This document shows, piece after piece, positions 23,336-37,203 of a stretch of DNA of 64,000 nucleotides. The notes below the pieces were generated by a model. That model saw only the letters and a program-made list of their open reading frames with translations. It was not told where the DNA came from and made no database searches. Each line of letters opens with the position of its first letter. Positions within the stretch are counted from its first letter, which is position 1. This DNA is from Alphaproteobacteria bacterium (GTDB lineage: Bacteria; Pseudomonadota; Alphaproteobacteria; SP197), in assembly GCA_965228895.1 (NCBI GenBank), contig OZ245842.1:832001-896000 (forward strand). The letters run 5' to 3'. A program made the translations under genes and the position numbers.

Positions 23336-25537
23336 ATGCACGCCGGTGACGCCATAACACCCCAGGATGAGGCTAGCAGCGAAAGTGTCAGCGTGCTGCT
23401 GCCGCTGCCCATACACGCGCTCTATGACTATTTGGTGCCCGAAGACGTTGATGTTGTAGCGGGCAGCTACGTCATGGTGCCGCTCGGTGGGCGCAGCGTG
23501 CTCGGTGTTGTCTGGGGCGCGCCGTTGGGCGATGTGGCGCCCGAAAAGATGAAGCCGATCCTGGAGGCCAAAGCGGCGCCGCCGCTGTCGCCGGTCATGC
23601 GCGACTTCGTCGATTGGGTTGCCCGCTACACGGTCAATCAACCCGGCGCCGTCTTGCGTATGGTGTTGCGTGTCAGTGAAGCGCTGGACCCGCCGCGCCC
23701 GCGCCTGGCCTATCGGCGCGGCGGTGACCTGCCGCCGCGCATGACGCCGGCGCGACAACGTGTCGTCGGTTTGCTGAGCGACGGGCCGCCGCTGGAAAGA
23801 GCGGACATCGTGCGCGAAGCCGGTGTCGGCGCGTCTGTCGTCAAAGGATTGGTTGAAGCCGGCACGGTCGAGATCGTCGAGCTTCCCGCCGCGCCGCGTA
23901 TACCGCGGCCTGATCCGTCGGCCCAGGGCCCGGTGTTGTCGGACGATCAATCGGTTGCGGCCGACGCCCTGATCGGCCAAGTCAAGGCGGGCGGATTTGC
24001 AACGACGCTTCTGGAGGGCGTGACCGGTTCGGGCAAGACCGAGGTCTATTTCGAGGCGGTTGCCGAAGCACTGCGTCATGATAGGCAGGTTCTTGTGCTG
24101 CTGCCGGAGATCGCCTTGTCGGCGCAGTTCCTGCGCCGCTTCGCCGAACGGTTTGGCGCCGAACCTGTGGTCTGGCATTCCGATGTGCCGCGAAAGAAGC
24201 GGCGCGATGCCTGGCGCGCCGTCACCGACGGCACCGCCCGGGTTGTTGTCGGCGCCCGTTCAGCGCTGTTCCTGCCGTTTGCCAAGCTCGGCCTGATCGT
24301 GGTTGACGAGGAACACGACGGCTCGTTCAAGCAGGAAGACGGCGTCTGCTACAACGCGCGCGACATGGCGGTTGTCAGAGGCCGGTTAGAGGACCTTCCG
24401 GTCGTTCTGTGCTCGGCGACGCCGTCTATGGAGACCTTGGTCAATGTCGAACAGGGCCGGTACCGCGGCTTGGCGCTTGCCGAGCGCCATGGCGGTGCGG
24501 CTCTGCCGGATGTCGCGGCGGTCGATATGCGCAGCGCGGGAACCGAACGCGGGCACTGGCTGTCGCCACCTATGGTCGAAGCCTTCCAGACCGCGCTTGA
24601 AGCCGGTGAGCAGGGGTTGTTGTTCCTCAACCGTCGGGGCTATGCGCCGCTCACCCTGTGCCGCACCTGCGGGCATCGCTTTGCTTGTCCCAATTGTTCG
24701 GCCTGGCTTGTCGAGCACCGTCATTTCGGACGGCTGCAATGCCATCACTGCGGTTTCAGCGGTTCGGTTCCCGAGAGCTGCCCGACATGTTCGAACACCG
24801 ATAGCCTGGTTGCCTGTGGGCCAGGCGTCGAACGGCTTCTGGAGGAGGTCGAGCAACGCTTTCCCGATTGTCGCACCGAGGTCATGTCGTCGGATACGCT
24901 TGCCGGGCCCGACGCCGCCCAGGAACTGATCGCCCGGTTCGAGGCGCGCGAGATCGATCTCCTGATCGGCACGCAGGTCGCGGCCAAGGGCCATCACTTC
25001 CCCATGCTGACGGTGGTCGGCGTGGTCGACGCGGATCTGGGTTTGGAAGGCGGCGATCTCAGGGCCATGGAGCGGACCTGGCAACTGCTTCATCAGGTCT
25101 CCGGACGAGCAGGGCGGGCCGAGCACCCGGGCCGGGTGCTGCTGCAGACCTATGACCCTGAGAACCCGGTGCTCGCCGCACTGGTTTCCGGCGATCGCGA
25201 GGGTTTCCTGCGTTATCTGAAGGAACAGCGCCGTGCCGCCGGCATGCCGCCCTTTGGCCGGCTCGCCGGCATCATCCTGTCGGGAACCCGCGAGGCAGAC
25301 GTCCGACACCTGGCCCGCGAGCTCGCCCGCCACGGGCCGCGCGGCGACGGTATCCAGACTTTGGGACCGGCGCCGGCGCCGCTCGCCCTGCTCAGGGGGC
25401 GCTACCGGTGGCGGCTCCTGGTTCACGCCCGCCGGGACGTTGACCTGCAGGGCGCCATCCGGACCTGGCTCAAACCGGTCAAGCTGCGCGGCACCATGCG
25501 GCTGCAGGTCGACATCGATCCCTACAGCTTCTTATAG
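23336..25537 (+). CDS. priA: Primosomal protein N'
   Basis: GVTGSGKT, DEEH, four CxxC pairs, QVSGRAGR, VDIDP. Confidence 0.97.
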   Translation: MHAGDAITPQDEASSESVSVLLPLPIHALYDYLVPEDVDVVAGSYVMVPLGGRSVLGVVWGAPLGDVAPEKMKPILEAKAAPPLSPVMRDFVDWVARYTVNQPGAVLRMVLRVSEALDPPRPRLAYRRGGDLPPRMTPARQRVVGLLSDGPPLERADIVREAGVGASVVKGLVEAGTVEIVELPAAPRIPRPDPSAQGPVLSDDQSVAADALIGQVKAGGFATTLLEGVTGSGKTEVYFEAVAEALRHDRQVLVLLPEIALSAQFLRRFAERFGAEPVVWHSDVPRKKRRDAWRAVTDGTARVVVGARSALFLPFAKLGLIVVDEEHDGSFKQEDGVCYNARDMAVVRGRLEDLPVVLCSATPSMETLVNVEQGRYRGLALAERHGGAALPDVAAVDMRSAGTERGHWLSPPMVEAFQTALEAGEQGLLFLNRRGYAPLTLCRTCGHRFACPNCSAWLVEHRHFGRLQCHHCGFSGSVPESCPTCSNTDSLVACGPGVERLLEEVEQRFPDCRTEVMSSDTLAGPDAAQELIARFEAREIDLLIGTQVAAKGHHFPMLTVVGVVDADLGLEGGDLRAMERTWQLLHQVSGRAGRAEHPGRVLLQTYDPENPVLAALVSGDREGFLRYLKEQRRAAGMPPFGRLAGIILSGTREADVRHLARELARHGPRGDGIQTLGPAPAPLALLRGRYRWRLLVHARRDVDLQGAIRTWLKPVKLRGTMRLQVDIDPYSFL

Positions 25538-25708
25538 GCGTTTCCGATGGATACGCAGGGGGAGTCTTGTTGCAACGCGAAAGGGCCTGTGCTAGCTACA
25601 GCCTGCCCTTCGCCAGGGCATCTGAGGACCCTTTTCGGGGGGGTTCCTTGGATACAAAAAATCCAATGCAAACAGTAACTTAGAAGGCGACAGCGAGGAC
25701 AGTCTCTG

Positions 25709-26268
25709 GTGGCCACCGACGACAGTGTTGTAACCGGCCTTTCGGGCCGCTACGCGACCGCTTTGTTCGACCTTGCCGACGAGAGCAAGGTGCTGGACGA
25801 GGTCGCCGGCGACTTGCGTACGCTGCAGGCCGCACTGGATGAATCCGACGATCTGGCGCGCCTCGTTCGCAGCCCGATCGTCTCCCGCGACGAGCAGGGC
25901 CGCGCCATGGCGGCGGTTGTCGAGGCCATGGGCCTGGGCGAACTCACGCGCCGGACCGTTGGCCTTCTGGCGCAGAAACGCCGGCTGTTCGCCATCAGCG
26001 ACATTATTCGTGACTACACCAAGCTTCTGGCCGCCCATCGCGGCGAGACGACCGCCGAGGTGACTTCGGCGCGTGCCCTGTCTGAGGGCGAACTGAACAA
26101 ACTCACCGCTACCCTGAAGAACGTGGTCGGGCGCGATGTCGCGGTCGAGCCCCGCGTCGATCCCGACCTTCTGGGTGGTCTGGTGGTTCGAATTGGCTCG
26201 CGGATGTTGGACAGCTCCATCCGCACCAAACTGCAACGGCTTGAAATTGCAATGAAGGGGGCTGGCTG

Positions 26269-26269
<1 letters not shown>
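25709..26269 (+). CDS. atpH: ATP synthase F1 delta subunit
   Basis: [25 protein letters not shown]; GTG start. Confidence 0.95.
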
Positions 26270-27801
<1,532 letters not shown>

Positions 27802-27836
27802 TCGCGGTGACCGGAACGGCAGGTCGGATTTAGTCG

Positions 27837-28733
27837 ATGGCGAATCTCAAAGCACTGCGTATGCGGATCAACTCGGTCCGCTCGACACGCAAGATCACCA
27901 GCGCCATGAAGATGGTCGCGGCAGCCAAGCTGCGCCGCGCCCAGGAAGGCGCCGAAGCAGCGCGTCCTTACGCCGAGCGTATGGAACGCATGATGGCGTC
28001 CCTGGCGTCGGGCTTTGTCGGACGCGAGGACGCGCCCAAACTGTTGGCGGGGTCGGGCAGCGACAACGTTCACCTGATTGTTGTTGTGTCATCCGACCGC
28101 GGCCTGTGCGGCGGCTTCAACACCAACATCGCGCGTGCCGTGCGGCGCCGGATCGACGAACTGCGTCAGGACGGCAAACAGATCAAACTGCTGTGCGTCG
28201 GCCGCAAGGGCCGCGATGCTCTGCGCCGCGATTACGGCGACATGATCGTCGACTCGATCGAGGGTATCGACAAAGGTGGCCTCGGTTTCGACAAGGCGAC
28301 TGAGCTTTCCGAGCGCATCGTCACCATGTACGAGGCCGGCGAGTTCGATGTCTGTACTGTCATCTATAACCGCTTCAAGTCGGTTATTGCCCAGATCGTG
28401 ACCTGGCAGCAGTTGGTGCCGTTTGGTGGTGATGAAGATGAGAGTGACGAGGTTGATGTCAGCGACGACATGGGCGGCGCCGTCTATGACTTCGAGCCCG
28501 ATGAGGCAGAGATGCTCGAAGTTCTGATGCCCCAGAACATGGGCGTGCAGATGTACCGCTCGTTGCTGGAGAGCCAGGCATCGGAGCATGCCGCGCGCAT
28601 GACCGCCATGGACAACGCGACCCGCAACGCGGGCGATATGATCGAGCGCCTGAATCTGGTGTACAACCGTACCCGTCAGGCCGCGATTACCAGGGAAATT
28701 ATCGAAATCGTGTCGGGCGCCGAAGCGCTCTAG
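27837..28733 (+). CDS. atpG: ATP synthase F1 gamma subunit
   Basis: KITSAMKMVAAAK, DRGLCGGFN, RQAAITREI. Confidence 0.98.
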   Translation: MANLKALRMRINSVRSTRKITSAMKMVAAAKLRRAQEGAEAARPYAERMERMMASLASGFVGREDAPKLLAGSGSDNVHLIVVVSSDRGLCGGFNTNIARAVRRRIDELRQDGKQIKLLCVGRKGRDALRRDYGDMIVDSIEGIDKGGLGFDKATELSERIVTMYEAGEFDVCTVIYNRFKSVIAQIVTWQQLVPFGGDEDESDEVDVSDDMGGAVYDFEPDEAEMLEVLMPQNMGVQMYRSLLESQASEHAARMTAMDNATRNAGDMIERLNLVYNRTRQAAITREIIEIVSGAEAL

Positions 28734-30182
<1,449 letters not shown>

Positions 30183-30197
30183 GGAGTTTCGTTGACC

Positions 30198-30602
30198 ATG
30201 GCCGACGACAAGGTCAATTTCGAACTGGTCAGCCCGGAGCGTCTCTTGGTCTCCGAGGCCTTCGACATGGTCGTCGTGCCGGGCAGCGAGGGCGATTTCG
30301 GCGTCTTGCCCGGCCACTCGCCCTTCATCTCAACCGTTCGCCCCGGCGTCATCGACATTCATGAGGGTGGCAAGATTGCCCACCGCGTCTTTGTCGGTGG
30401 CGGCTTTGCCGAGGTGACCCCGGACCGCTGCACGGTCTTGGCCGAAGATGCCGCCATGATAGAGGATATCGATACCGCCGATGTCGACCGGCGTATCCAA
30501 GACGTCGAACTTGATCTGAGAGACGCGGAAAGCGACAGCGAACGAGCCCGCGCTGAAGCCCGATTGGTGGTTCTGCGGGCTATGCGGGAAGCTGCCGCCT
30601 AG
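30198..30602 (+). CDS. atpC: ATP synthase F1 epsilon subunit
   Basis: FELVSPER, EGDFGVLPGH, GGFAEV. Confidence 0.95.
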   Translation: MADDKVNFELVSPERLLVSEAFDMVVVPGSEGDFGVLPGHSPFISTVRPGVIDIHEGGKIAHRVFVGGGFAEVTPDRCTVLAEDAAMIEDIDTADVDRRIQDVELDLRDAESDSERARAEARLVVLRAMREAAA

Positions 30603-30824
30603 GACCCCTACCTCGACGCCATCGCGAAGCGATTGTGGCAAGACGAGATCTGCTCCAGGGCGGTTTCTTTCCACAGGATTGAGATTTCTATCGTCCGGCT
30701 CAACTATAGGACGTTGAATTCGGTCGCCTCAATCTTGTCCAAGGCTATCGGTTAGACTACATAGTAAGGCGAAGGGGTGTAGGCAGCCGTTCGTTGGCTG
30801 AAGCGCGAGGAGCGGGGACTCAAA

Positions 30825-31646
30825 ATGCGACACTGGACCCTTGATGATATCAATTGGGGTGCGTTTGACAGGTCGAAGACCGATGAAGACACGGTCCGGA
30901 TCGTCAAGGCCGCGAGTCTGGTCGAATTCAATGGCAACGACTACGCGCGTTACCTTGAGAGCGTGTTTGCCGGTGATGCCGAGTTTATCAAGGCCGCCTG
31001 GGACTGGGCCGAGGAGGAAGTGCAGCACGGCGAGGCCTTGCGTCGCTGGGCTGAACTGGCCGATCCCGAATGGGATTTCCATGACGCCTTCAAACGCTTT
31101 ACCGAAGGATTCAGCTTGCCGTTTGATGCCGACGCGTCGGTGCGCGGTTCGCGTTGTGGCGAGTTGATCGCGCGCTGCGTGGTCGAGGTCGGCACGTCGT
31201 CTTACTACAGCGCGCTGCGTGATTCGACGGATGAACCGGTCCTCAAGAAGATCTGCGCCAACATCGCCGCCGACGAGTTCCGGCACTACAAGCTCTTCTT
31301 TGATCACATGAAACGCTACCGCCAGGCGGAAAAACCTTGGCTGGTGCAGCGCATGAAGGTTGCGGTTGGACGCCTGATCGAAGGCGAAGACGACGAGCTC
31401 GCCTATGCCTATTACACGGCCAACAAGATCCAGGGTCCCTATGACCGCAAAGCTTGTATTGCAGCCTACGGCAGCCGTGCCTTGCCGCACTATGAGCGCG
31501 GCCATATCAAGCTGGCGACCAACATGGTTATCAAAGCGGTCGGTTTGAGACCGCAAAGCCGGGTCGGCCAGTTCTCCAACCGTCTGGCGTGGCGCGTCTT
31601 CGACCGCCGTCGACGCCAGATGCAGGAGGCTGCGCCGGGCTTTTAG
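30825..31646 (+). CDS. Ferritin-like diiron protein
   Basis: Two ExxH motifs (EEVQH, DEFRH) plus upstream Glu ligands. Confidence 0.8.
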   Translation: MRHWTLDDINWGAFDRSKTDEDTVRIVKAASLVEFNGNDYARYLESVFAGDAEFIKAAWDWAEEEVQHGEALRRWAELADPEWDFHDAFKRFTEGFSLPFDADASVRGSRCGELIARCVVEVGTSSYYSALRDSTDEPVLKKICANIAADEFRHYKLFFDHMKRYRQAEKPWLVQRMKVAVGRLIEGEDDELAYAYYTANKIQGPYDRKACIAAYGSRALPHYERGHIKLATNMVIKAVGLRPQSRVGQFSNRLAWRVFDRRRRQMQEAAPGF

Positions 31647-31661
31647 GCGCCTGTTTTCGGA

Positions 31662-32129
31662 TTAGGTCAGCAGACCTCTGAACTCATTGAAGACCTGCCG
31701 ATAGACATCGCGCTTGAACGCGATGATTTGCTCGGCCAGATCGTCCGCGCGCATCCATGACCAGCCGCCGAATTCGGGATGGTCAACGCCCTGGACGTCG
31801 ATGTCGTCGTCAGTGCCGGCGAACCGCATGGCGAACCATTTCTGCGTCTGCCCGCGGTAGCGGCCCTTCAACGCCTTGCCGATGAGTTCGTCGGGCAGGT
31901 CATAGGTTAGCCAGTCGGCGGTCTCGGCGACGATGTCGCCCTTGTTGGTGCCGATTTCCTCGGCCAGCTCGCGCAACGCGGCATCGCGCGGCGTCTCGCC
32001 CTTGTCGATACCGCCCTGGGGCATCTGCCAACCCATACCGTCGATGCGGCTGCCGGCAAAAACGAGGCCGGCGCGGTCAATCAGGACCACGCCGGCACAG
32101 CGTCTATAGGGTAGGTCGCCCGTCGGCAA
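31662..32129 (-). CDS. rppH: RNA pyrophosphohydrolase (Nudix)
   Basis: [33 protein letters not shown]. Confidence 0.93.
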   Translation of the reverse strand: MPTGDLPYRRCAGVVLIDRAGLVFAGSRIDGMGWQMPQGGIDKGETPRDAALRELAEEIGTNKGDIVAETADWLTYDLPDELIGKALKGRYRGQTQKWFAMRFAGTDDDIDVQGVDHPEFGGWSWMRADDLAEQIIAFKRDVYRQVFNEFRGLLT

Positions 32130-32135
32130 CGTCGC

Positions 32136-33485
32136 TCACTGACCGTTCTGCGCGACGACGTCCTGGAGCAGGTAGAGACCTTCCAGAAGATCGAGGGCAC
32201 GATTGAGCTGGTAGTCTTCGCGCGCCTGCTCGGAGCGTCCGGACTCTTCGAACGCCGCTTCTTCTTCGGAGATCTCCTCTTCGATGTTCTCGTCGAGAAC
32301 CTCTTCGCCGACCGCGTCGTCGATGTCTTCTTCCGTACCTTCGGCGTCCAAGGAGTTTCTGAGGTCGGCCTCGTGTCGCTCAAGGCTCTCGTCGAGCGCA
32401 TCGATCGTGGCCGTCGCGACATAGATATCCGGCACGATGCCCTTGGCCTGGATCGAGACCCCGGACGGCGTGTAGTAGCGCGCCGTCGTCAGGCGCATGG
32501 CGCCGTGGCCGGGCAGTGGAATGATTGTCTGGACCGAGCCTTTGCCGAACGAGTCCGTGCCCATGATGATTGCGCGACGGTGGTCCTGCAGCGCACCGGC
32601 AACAATTTCCGATGCGGATGCGGAACCGCCGTTGATCAGCACGACGATCGGTAGGCCTTCGGCCAAATCACCGGCGCGGGCGTTGAACCGCTGCGAGCTA
32701 TCCGGACGCCGGCCACGGGTCGAGACGATCTCGCCTTGATCCAGGAAGGCGTCGGACACGGCGATGGCTTGGTCGAGCAGACCGCCCGGATTGTTGCGCA
32801 GATCCAGCACGATGCCTTGCAGCTCATCGCCCAGTTCGGCCTTGATCTCTTCCAGGGCCTCCTGGACACCCTCATCGGCCTGTTCGTTGAACGAGGTAAT
32901 ACGGATATAGCCAACCTTGTCTTCGATGCGCGAACGCACGGACTGGATGACGATGATATCGCGCGTGATGGTGATCTCGAGCGGCTCGTCAGCACCCTCG
33001 CGCAGCACGGTCAGGACGATATCGGTGTTGACCGGACCGCGCATGCGGTCGACCGCGTCGCCAAGCGTCATGCCAAGGATCGGTTCGCCGTCGAGATGGG
33101 TGATCAGATCACCGGCCTCGATGCCGGCGCGGAAGGCTGGCGTGTCGTCGATCGGTGACACCACCCGAACAAACCCGTCTTCCATGGTGACCTCGATGCC
33201 CAGCCCGCCGAACTCGCCGCGGGTCTGAACCTGCATCTCGCCGAAGCTTTCCGGATTGAGATAGCTGGAGTGCGGGTCGAGCGAACTCAGCATGCCGCGG
33301 ATGGCCGCTTCGATCAGCTCTTCGTCGGAGACTTCTTCGACGTATTCGGCACGCACGCGTTCAAACACGTCGCCAAACAGGTTGAGCTGTCGATAGGTAT
33401 CGGTACTGGCCGCATCGACATGGGTCGCGTGGGGTGCAAATAAGGCAAGAACCAAGCCCGCCACCAAAACAATCTTTTTCATCAT
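32136..33485 (-). CDS. ctpA: S41 carboxyl-terminal protease
   Basis: LDPHS, PDZ GLGI, DLRNNPGG, SASASEI, FGKGSVQ; ATGA overlap with the upstream gene. Confidence 0.93.
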   Translation of the reverse strand: MMKKIVLVAGLVLALFAPHATHVDAASTDTYRQLNLFGDVFERVRAEYVEEVSDEELIEAAIRGMLSSLDPHSSYLNPESFGEMQVQTRGEFGGLGIEVTMEDGFVRVVSPIDDTPAFRAGIEAGDLITHLDGEPILGMTLGDAVDRMRGPVNTDIVLTVLREGADEPLEITITRDIIVIQSVRSRIEDKVGYIRITSFNEQADEGVQEALEEIKAELGDELQGIVLDLRNNPGGLLDQAIAVSDAFLDQGEIVSTRGRRPDSSQRFNARAGDLAEGLPIVVLINGGSASASEIVAGALQDHRRAIIMGTDSFGKGSVQTIIPLPGHGAMRLTTARYYTPSGVSIQAKGIVPDIYVATATIDALDESLERHEADLRNSLDAEGTEEDIDDAVGEEVLDENIEEEISEEEAAFEESGRSEQAREDYQLNRALDLLEGLYLLQDVVAQNGQ

Positions 33486-34693
33486 CCATTCACCTTGTTG
33501 TCGCCAGCCGCAAGCCACGGCAGCGGATTAATAGGTTCACCATTGCGTCGAAATTCGACATACAAGCGTTGAGGGTTATTGACCCCCTCCGCCATGACCC
33601 CAACGGGTTCACCGGCCAAGAGCCATTGGCCCAGTACGGCATCGACACGCGAAAAGCCAGCCAACACCGTATGGTATCCCTCGCCATGCGCGATGATCAA
33701 CATTAGCCCATAGTGCCCAAAAACGCCGGAATACACGATTCGGCCGTCATAGGGCGTTACCACCTGCGCGCCGCCGGCTGTTGCGATGACAATGCCTTCG
33801 CTACGGGCACCGTCTTCTATGGCGGCGTTGAAGTTGGTGACGATCTCGCCGCGCACGGGAAGCGGCAGGTCGCCCTGGGCGGCCGTGAACGTCATGGTGG
33901 CAATCGCGCCAGCCGCCGCGACACTTTCGGGACTGGCGCCCTCGGCCCGCTCGGCGGCGGCCTGCTCGGCCAATTGGCGCAGCAGATCGCGTAGATTGCC
34001 TGCCTCGGCCGTCAGCGCTTCGTTTCGCGCGGTCAGTGTCGCCTGTTCGCTATGCAGCCCCGACAGAATTGCCTCTTTGCGCGCGACCAGGCCGGCGACG
34101 ACCTCATGTTGTTCTTGAACACGGGCGCGGACCGCCTCCAGTTCCTCGCCCTGTTCGGCAATTCGCGCCTTCAGCGCGTTCAAGGTCTGGATGTCGCTGG
34201 CAATCTGCTCTGCCTGTTCGTCCAGATAGGGTGTGATGGACGCCAGCAGCATGGCGGTGCGGTGCGTATCGGTCGGCGAGCGCGGCAGGGCAATCAACAT
34301 GTCGGCAGGCTGACGCGCAATGCGCTGCAACGCCGATAAGACCAAGGCCAACTCGTCGCGCCGGGCATCAAAGTCTGTGCGGCGATCGTCAAGCTCTGCG
34401 TTCAAGCTGATAAGGGTGGCGCTGAGTTCTTCGGCCGACTGTTCGTGGTCTCGGATCCGGGTGGCAGTCGCCAGCATCGCCTGGCGCAGTTCGTCCAACT
34501 CGTTGGCGATTGTGGCGGCTTCCTCGCCGAGCGCTTCGCGCGCCTCACGGGTCTCGTCCAACTCCCGTTCTACGGATTCCAACCGCAAACCGGGATCGTC
34601 CGGCTCGTCCTCGGCCAAAACAGCCGGCACGACGAGGATGAGAGTAAGTGCGCCTGTTGCGACGACCATGGCGAAACGGCTAGCCCGCCGCAC
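33482..34693 (-). CDS. envC: Murein hydrolase activator EnvC family (coiled coil plus degenerate M23)
   Basis: Signal/TM, long coiled coil, LPVRG...YG..LIIAH...LYVEFR...PINP; between gpmI and ctpA. Confidence 0.85.
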   Translation of the reverse strand: MRRASRFAMVVATGALTLILVVPAVLAEDEPDDPGLRLESVERELDETREAREALGEEAATIANELDELRQAMLATATRIRDHEQSAEELSATLISLNAELDDRRTDFDARRDELALVLSALQRIARQPADMLIALPRSPTDTHRTAMLLASITPYLDEQAEQIASDIQTLNALKARIAEQGEELEAVRARVQEQHEVVAGLVARKEAILSGLHSEQATLTARNEALTAEAGNLRDLLRQLAEQAAAERAEGASPESVAAAGAIATMTFTAAQGDLPLPVRGEIVTNFNAAIEDGARSEGIVIATAGGAQVVTPYDGRIVYSGVFGHYGLMLIIAHGEGYHTVLAGFSRVDAVLGQWLLAGEPVGVMAEGVNNPQRLYVEFRRNGEPINPLPWLAAGDNKVNG

Positions 34694-36236
34694 GTTCCTG
34701 CCTCGCGGCTATCAGCGTATGACCGGTCATCTCGCGAGGCTGCTTAAGATGCAGCAGATCCAAAAGGGTCGGCGCAATGTCGCACAAGCGGCCCGGCTCA
34801 AGGACGATGCCCGGTTCGGCGCCCACCAAGACCAAAGGCACCGGGTTCGTCGTGTGGGCGGTGTGGATGATTCCGGATTGGGGATCGCGCATGGTCTCGA
34901 TGTTGCCGTGGTCGGCGGTAATCAACAAAAGCCCGCCAGCATCGCTCACCGCATCGGCGATCCGGCCCAGGCACGTATCAACCACCTCGACGGCTTTGAT
35001 GGCGGCGGCCAAGACACCGGTATGGCCGACCATATCGGGGTTGGCGAAGTTGCAGATAACTACGTCGAAACTGCGCTCACGGATCGCCGCCACCAGTTTG
35101 TCCGTCACTTGCTCCGCCGACATTTCCGGCTTCAGGTCATAGGTTGCGACCTTGGGCGAGGGTACGAGAATGCGGTCTTCACCTTCGAAGACATGCTCCT
35201 CGCCGCCATTGAAGAAATAGGTGACGTGGGCGTACTTCTCCGTCTCCGCGATCCGAAGCTGGCGAAGGCCAGCCTCAGCCACCAGACTGCCCAAGCTCTT
35301 GGCCACGTTCTGCGGCGCGAACAGCGACGGCAACAGCGGATCAAGGGCATTGGAATAGGAAACCACACCGGCCGCGGCCGAGAATGTGATCCGGCGTGAA
35401 CGCTCAAAACCGTCGAAATCCGGGTCAAGCAGCGCGTTCAGTAACTGGCGCGCGCGATCGGCCCGGAAGTTCGCCATGACCAGGCCATCGCCGTCATGCA
35501 TGCCGTCATAGTCACCGATCACAAACGGCTCGGCGAACTCGTCGGTTTGGCCGTTCTCATAGGTTTGATGCACGGCATCCAGCGCGTTCGCGGCGGCGTG
35601 GCCGCGCCCGGTGACGATCGCGTCAAAGGCGGGCCCAACCCGCTCCCACCGCTTGTCCCGATCCATGGCGTAATAGCGCCCGATGACGGTCGCAAAGTTC
35701 GCCTTGGGTGCGGCAGATGAGAAGGCCGCGATAAAGTCTTCGGCGCTTGACGGCGGCGTATCGCGCCCATCGAGGATGGCGTGCACCATGACCTCGATGC
35801 CGTGTTCGGCCAGGATGTTGGCCAGCGCGGCCATGTGGTCTTGGTGGCTGTGGACGCCGCCCGGGGACAGCAGGCCCATCAGGTGACAGCGGCCGGTGCC
35901 GCGCTTCACACCGTCGATCAGGCTCCCCAGGACCGGATTGGTGGCAAGCGAGCCATCTGCCACGGCGCGGTCGATACGCGGCAGGTCCTGCATCATGATG
36001 CGCCCGGCGCCCATGGTCAGGTGGCCGACCTCGGAATTGCCCATTTGACCGCAAGGCAGGCCGACCGCCTCGCCGGACGTGTCGAGCCGGGTATGGGGCG
36101 CCGATGCCATGAAACGCCGCCAGACCGGGGTCTGGGCGGCACGTATCGCATTATCGGGCGTATCGGGGCCGCAACCCCAGCCGTCCAGAATGCACAAGAC
36201 GACGGGGCCTGGCCGGGTCGATTGGTTCATAGGCAC
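34680..36236 (-). CDS. gpmI: 2,3-bisphosphoglycerate-independent phosphoglycerate mutase
   Basis: LDGWG, GQMGNSEVGH, ETEKYAHVT, DMVGHTG, TADHGN. Confidence 0.97.
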   Translation of the reverse strand: MPMNQSTRPGPVVLCILDGWGCGPDTPDNAIRAAQTPVWRRFMASAPHTRLDTSGEAVGLPCGQMGNSEVGHLTMGAGRIMMQDLPRIDRAVADGSLATNPVLGSLIDGVKRGTGRCHLMGLLSPGGVHSHQDHMAALANILAEHGIEVMVHAILDGRDTPPSSAEDFIAAFSSAAPKANFATVIGRYYAMDRDKRWERVGPAFDAIVTGRGHAAANALDAVHQTYENGQTDEFAEPFVIGDYDGMHDGDGLVMANFRADRARQLLNALLDPDFDGFERSRRITFSAAAGVVSYSNALDPLLPSLFAPQNVAKSLGSLVAEAGLRQLRIAETEKYAHVTYFFNGGEEHVFEGEDRILVPSPKVATYDLKPEMSAEQVTDKLVAAIRERSFDVVICNFANPDMVGHTGVLAAAIKAVEVVDTCLGRIADAVSDAGGLLLITADHGNIETMRDPQSGIIHTAHTTNPVPLVLVGAEPGIVLEPGRLCDIAPTLLDLLHLKQPREMTGHTLIAARQERAAG

Positions 36237-36314
36237 CTTATATCAGCGGCTTGGCTGGCCTTGTAGTGCGCACAATCCTTGCTTCGCGCACAACCGTGTC
36301 ATCTGTGGGGCAGG

Positions 36315-36767
36315 TCATTCGCGGTGATAGGGGTGGCCGGTTTGGATGGTGTGGGCGCGGTAGAGTTGCTCAACCAAAAGCAGCCGCGCCAGCATGTGGG
36401 GCCAGGTCATGCGGCCCAGCGACAGCACCAGATCGGCCTGGTCGAGAACCGTGTCGCCGTGGCCGTCGGCACCGCCGATCAGGATGGCCACGTCGCGCTG
36501 GCCATCGTCGCGGCGCTTGGCCAGCCAATCGGACAGTCCTTCGCTGGTCAGACCCTTGCCGCGCTCGTCGAGCGCGATGACGCCGGCGCCATCAGGTACC
36601 GCTGCCAGCAGCGCGGTTGCCTCGTCGTCTTTACGCCGGCCCGGTTGGCGTCCTTCTGCGATCTCCCGGGTCGTCAGGTCCCAGGGCAGGCGCTTGGCGT
36701 AGTCGCTGATCAGGTCACGGATCGGTCCGTTGCGCAGGCGGCCGACCGCCGCAATCGTGATCCGCAT
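36315..36767 (-). CDS. rlmH: 23S rRNA m3Psi1915 methyltransferase
   Basis: MRITIAAVG, IGGADG, TWPHML, EQLYRA...GHPYHR. Confidence 0.95.
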   Translation of the reverse strand: MRITIAAVGRLRNGPIRDLISDYAKRLPWDLTTREIAEGRQPGRRKDDEATALLAAVPDGAGVIALDERGKGLTSEGLSDWLAKRRDDGQRDVAILIGGADGHGDTVLDQADLVLSLGRMTWPHMLARLLLVEQLYRAHTIQTGHPYHRE

Positions 36768-36774
36768 GGCACGA

Positions 36775-37203
36775 TCAGGCGTGCGCTTCCATGCGCTCGG
36801 TTGGCGGCAAAGCGACCGACCACATCTTCTCCAGATTGTAGTGCTCGCGCGTTTCGGGCCGGAAGATGTGCAAGATGACATCGCCAAGGTCGACCAGGAC
36901 CCAATCGCCTTGCGACCGACCTTCGACGCCGATCGCTTTGCGACCGGTTTCCTTCAACGCCTTGATCACGCGTTCGGTCAACGCGAGAACTTGGCGCTGG
37001 GAACCGCCGCTGGCGATGATCATTCGGTCTGCGATGCTGGTTTTGCCGGCAAGATCAATCTCGACGATATCGTCGGCCTTGCCGTCTTCAAGGGCGCTTA
37101 TGATGAGTGCCGCTATGGTCGGGGCTTCGGCCCCGCGGGGACGTTTGCTTGCTATCGGGATGCTCCCTTCACTGTTGTCGCTACATTCGTTAACCATATT
37201 CAA
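36775..37203 (-). CDS. rsfS: Ribosome silencing factor (start uncertain)
   Basis: LEDGKADDI, DWVLVDLGDVILHIF..E.REHYNLEKMW. Confidence 0.93.
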   Translation of the reverse strand: MNMVNECSDNSEGSIPIASKRPRGAEAPTIAALIISALEDGKADDIVEIDLAGKTSIADRMIIASGGSQRQVLALTERVIKALKETGRKAIGVEGRSQGDWVLVDLGDVILHIFRPETREHYNLEKMWSVALPPTERMEAHA